Below are positions 59,501 to 64,000 of a stretch of DNA of 64,000 nt, one piece after another (positions within the stretch are counted from its first letter, which is position 1; every line of letters starts with the position of its first letter). The position numbers and the translations under genes are program-made. The notes under the pieces are model-generated. The model was not told the DNA's origin, ran no database searches, and saw only the letters and a program-made list of their open reading frames with translations. The DNA is from Lepidodermella squamata (lineage: Eukaryota; Animalia; Gastrotricha), in assembly GCA_047495785.1 (NCBI GenBank), contig JBLDXI010000084.1, positions 49,964 through 113,963 on the forward strand, given 5' to 3'.

Positions 59501-62500
59501 TTCTAATCGCTACGACGGTAGTTGCGCCCGTTGTGACAGCCAGTGACGACAACGCGTACATGTCAGCATTTTGCAGCGATTCGGACCAACGAACGTGGGC
59601 ACGGTCGTGGGTTCGATTCCCGCATGCGAAGTAACCCGAAATCGTCGCCTGATGTCGAATTAAACGCTGTTAGAGCTATTGCAACGCCCGCAACGCATAG
59701 CTGCAGAACATCGTTGCCGATGAGCACTGCAATGCCTATTTCAGCCGATATTCACTTGATCAGCAGCGAAATGAGCACCATCGGCCGCATAGCAAGCGCC
59801 CTTGCCTGATTCCGCGGCTGCTGGCTTCTAATCGCTACGACGGTAGTTGCGCCCGTTGTGACAGCCAGTGACGACAACGCGTACATGTCAGCATTTTGCA
59901 GCGATTCGGACCAACGAACGTGGGCACGGTCGTGGGTTCGATTCCCGCATGCGAAGTAACCCGAAATCGTCGCCTGATGTCGAATTAAACGCGGTTAGCG
60001 CTTTTGCAACGCCCGCAACGCATAGCTGCAGAACATCGTTGCCGATGAGCACTGCAATGCCTATTTCAGCCGATATTCACTAGATCAGCAGCGAAATGAG
60101 CACCATCGGCCGCATAGCAAGCGCCCTTGCCTGATTCCGCGGCTGCTGGCTTCTAATCGCTACGCCGGTGGTTGCGTACGTTGTGGCAGCCAGTGACGAC
60201 AGCGCGTACATGTCAGCATTCTGCAGCGATTCGTACCAACGAACGTGGGCACGGTCGTGGGTTCGATTCCCGCATGCGAAGTAACCCGAAATCGTCGCCT
60301 GATGTCGAATTAAACGCGGTTAGCGCTATTGCAACGCCCGCAACGCATAGCTGCAGAACATCGTTGCCGATGAGCACTGCAATGCCTATTTCAGCCGATA
60401 TTCACTAGATCAGCAGCGAAATGAGCACCATCGGCCGCATAGCAAGCGCCCTTGCCTGATTCCGCGGCTGCTGGCTTCTTATCGCTACGCCGGTAGTTGC
60501 GCCCGTTGTGGCAGCCAGTGACGACAGCGCGTACATGTCAGCATTCTGCAGCGTTTCGTACCAACGAACGTGGGCACGGTCGTGGGTTCGATTCCCGCAT
60601 GCGAAGTAATCCGAAATCGTCGCCTGATGTCGAATTAAACGCTGTTAGAGCTATTGCAACGCCCGCAACGCATAGCTGCAGAACATCGTTGCCGATGAGC
60701 ACTGCTATGCCTATTTCAGCCGATATTCACTTGATCAGCAGCGAAATGAGCACCATCGGCCGCATAGCAAGCGCCCTTGCCTGATTCCGCGGCTGCTGGC
60801 TTCTTATCGCTACGCCGGTAGTTGCGCCCGTTGTGGCAGCCAGCGACAACAACGCGTACATGTCAGCATTCTGCAGCGTTTCGTACCAACGAACGTGGGC
60901 ACCGTCGTGGGTTCGATTCCCGCATGCGAAGTAACCCGAAATCGTCGCCTGATGTCGAATTAAACGCGGTTAGCGCTATTGCAACGCCCGCAACGCATAG
61001 CTGCAGAACATCGTTGCCGATGAGCACTGCAATGCTTATTTCAGCCGATATTCACTAGATCAGCAGCGAAATGAGCACCATCGGCCGCATAGCAAGCGCC
61101 CTTGCCTGATTCCGCGGCTGCTGGCTTCTTATCGCTACGCCGGTAGTTGCGCCCGTTGTGGCAGCCAGTGACGACAGCGCGTACATGTCAGCATTCTGCA
61201 GCGTTTCGTACCAACGAACGTGGGCACGGTCGTGGGTTCGATTCCCGCATGCGAAGTAATCCGAAATCGTCGCCTGATGTCGAATTAAACGCTGTTAGAG
61301 CTATTGCAACGCCCGCAACGCATAGCTGCAGAACATCGTTGCCGATGAGCACTGCAATGCCTATTTCAGCCGATATTCACTTGATCAGCAGCGAAATGAG
61401 CACCATCGGCCGCATAGCAAGCGCCCTTGCCTGATTCCGCGGCTGCTGGCTTCTAATCGCTACGACGGTAGTTGCGCCCGTTGTGACAGCCAGTGACGAC
61501 AACGCGTACATGTCAGCATTCTGCAGCGATTCGGACCAACGAACGTGGGCACGGTCGTGGGTTCGATTCCCGCATGCGAAGTAATCCGAAATCGTCGCCT
61601 GATGTCGAATTAAACGCGGTTAGCGCTATTGCAACGCCCGCAACGCATAGCTGCAGAACATCGTTGCCGATGAGCACTGCAATGCTTATTTCAGCCGATA
61701 TTCACTAGATCAGCAGCGAAATGAGCACCATCGGCCGCATAGCAAGCGCCCTTGCCTGATTCCGCGGCTGCTGGCTTCTTATCGCTACGCCGGTAGTTGC
61801 GCCCGTTGTGGCAGCCAGTGACGACAGCGCGTACATGTCAGCATTCTGCAGCGATTCGTACCAACGAACGTGGGCACGGTCGTGGGTTCGATTCCCGCAT
61901 GCGAAGTAATCCGAAATCGTCGCCTGATGTCGAATTAAACGCGGTTAGCGCTATTGCAACGCCCGCAACGCATAGCTGCAGAACATCGTTGCCGATGAGC
62001 ACTGCAATGCTTATTTCAGCCGATATTCACTAGATCAGCAGCGAAATGAGCACCATCGGCCGCATAGCAAGCACCCTTGCCTGATTCCGCGGCTGCTGGC
62101 TTCTTATCGGTACGCCGGTAGTTGCGCCCGTTGTGGCAGCCAGTGACGACAGCGCGTACATGTCAGCATTCTGCAGCGTTTCGTACCAACGAACGTGGGC
62201 ACGGTCGTGGGTTCGATTCCCGCATGCGAAGTAACCCGAAATCGTCGCCTAATGTCGAATTAAACGCGGTTAGCGCTATTGCAACGCCCGCAACGCATAG
62301 CTGCAGAACATCGTTGCCGATGAGCACTGCAATGCTTATTTCAGCCGATATTCACTAGATCAGCAGCGAAATGAGCACCATCGGCCGCATAGCAAGCGCC
62401 CTTGCCTGATTCCGCGGCTGCTGGCTTCTTATCGCTACGCCGGTAGTTGCGCCCGTTGTGGCAGCCAGTGACGACAGCGCGTACATGTCAGCATTCTCCA

Positions 62501-64000
62501 GCGTTTCGTACCAACGAACGTGGGCACGGTCGTGGGTTCGATTCCCGCATGCGAAGTAACCCGAAATCGTCGCCTGATGTCGAATTAAACGCGGTTAGCG
62601 CTATTGCAACGCCCGCAACGCATAGCTGCAGAACATCGTTGCCGATGAGCACTGCAATGCTTATTTCAGCCGATATTCACTAGATCAGCAGCGAAATGAG
62701 CACCATCGGCCGCATAGCAAGCGCCCTTGCCTGATTCCGCGGCTGCTGGCTTCTAATCGCTACGACGGTAGTTGCGCCCGTTGTGACAGCCAGTGACGAC
62801 AACGCGTACATGTCAGCATTCTGCAGCGTTTCGTACCAACGAACGTGGGCACGGTCGTGGGTTCGATTCCCGCATGCGAAGTAACCCGAAATCGTCGCCT
62901 GATGTCGAATTAAACGCGGTTAGCGCTATTGCAACGCCCGCAACGCATAGCTGCAGAACATCGTTGCCGATGAGCACTGCAATGCCTATTTCAGCCGATA
63001 TTCACTTGATCAGCAGCGAAATGAGCACCATCGGCCGCATAGCAAGCGCCCTTGCCTGATTCCGCGGCTGCTGGCTTCTTATCGCTACGCCGGTAGTTGC
63101 GCCCGTTGTGGCAGCCAGTGACGACAGCGCGTACATGTCAGCATTCTGCAGCGTTTCGTACCAACGAACGTGGGCACGGTCGTGGGTTCGATTCCCGCAT
63201 GCGAAGTAATCCGAAATCGTCGCCTGATGTCGAATTAAACGCTGTTAGAGCTATTGCAACGCCCGCAACGCATAGCTGCAGAACATCGTTGCCGATGAGC
63301 ACTGCTATGCCTATTTCAGCCGATATTCACTTGATCAGCAGCGAAATGAGCACCATCGGCCGCATAGCAAGCGCCCTTGCCTGATTCCGCGGCTGCTGGC
63401 TTCTTATCGCTACGCCGGTAGTTGCGCCCGTTGTGACAGCCAGTGACGACAACGCGTACATGTCAGCATTCTGCAGCGTTTCGTACCAACGAACGTGGGC
63501 ACGGTCGTGGGTTCGATTCCCGCATGCGAAGTAACCCGAAATCGTCGCCTGATGTCGAATTAAACGCGGTTAGCGCTATTGCAACGCCCGCAACGCATAG
63601 CTGCAGAACATCGTTGCCGATGAGCACTGCAATGCCTATTTCAGCCGATATTCACTTGATCAGCAGCGAAATGAGCACCATCGGCCGCATAGCAAGCACC
63701 CTTGCCTGATTCCGCGGCTGCTGGCTTCTTATCGCTACGCCGGTAGTTGCGCCCGTTGTGGCAGCCAGTGACGACAGCGCGTACATGTCAGCATTCTGCA
63801 GCGTTTCGTACCAACGAACGTGGGCACGGTCGTGGGTTCGATTCCCGCATGCGAAGTAATCCGAAATCGTCGCCTGATGTCGAATTAAACGCTGTTAGAG
63901 CTATTGCAACGCCCGCAACGCATAGCTGCAGAACATCGTTGCCGATGAGCACTGCTATGCCTATTTCAGCCGATATTCACTTGATCAACTCTCACGAGAT

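Larger units (their letters stand above)
43108..63987. repeat. 325-bp satellite DNA, ~54 monomers, interrupted by two transposons near its left edge
   Basis: Exact 325-bp periodicity (also visible in the ORF track), no indels seen, substitution variants only. Confidence 0.97.

Noticed and set aside
43182-63709. ~50 near-identical 71-110 aa ORFs in the satellite
   Set aside because: Mostly non-ATG starts, a polymorphic stop, and 325 is not a multiple of 3; no protein features
43108-63987. CRISPR array interpretation
   Set aside because: Whole monomers are repeated, there are no unique spacers, no cas genes, and the context is eukaryotic

Overview
This is a eukaryotic (animal-like, intron-containing) window in three parts. 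(1) 1-9841 is the end of a tandem tRNA-gene array with 56 apparently intact tRNA genes and 1 truncated copy. It is built from a ~5.3-kb super-unit of 31 genes (29 anticodons, 19 amino acids, no Met). It also contains a nested 1261-bp tandem amplification whose junctions are chimeric tRNA-Ser genes, and a 295-bp deletion in one unit. (2) ~12.5-42.5 kb is a compact gene island. An SLC25 carrier and WAPL lie on the minus strand. Eight consecutive plus-strand genes follow: COMMD10-like, tetraspanin, SF3B6, SLC10-like, alpha-arrestin, COMMD7-like, SLC7 cationic amino-acid transporter and KGD4/MRPS36-like. Small foldback/MITE-like elements are scattered among them. (3) 43108-63987 is a 325-bp satellite of about 54 monomers. 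The monomers carry a perfect Pol III B-box inside a tRNA T-arm-like hairpin and are organised in 13-/11-/13-mer higher-order repeats. A non-autonomous CACTA/EnSpm-type DNA transposon and a 5'-truncated LINE are inserted at the array edge, on either side of the tRNA-like motif. All calls were made by eye from the sequence; no searches were run.
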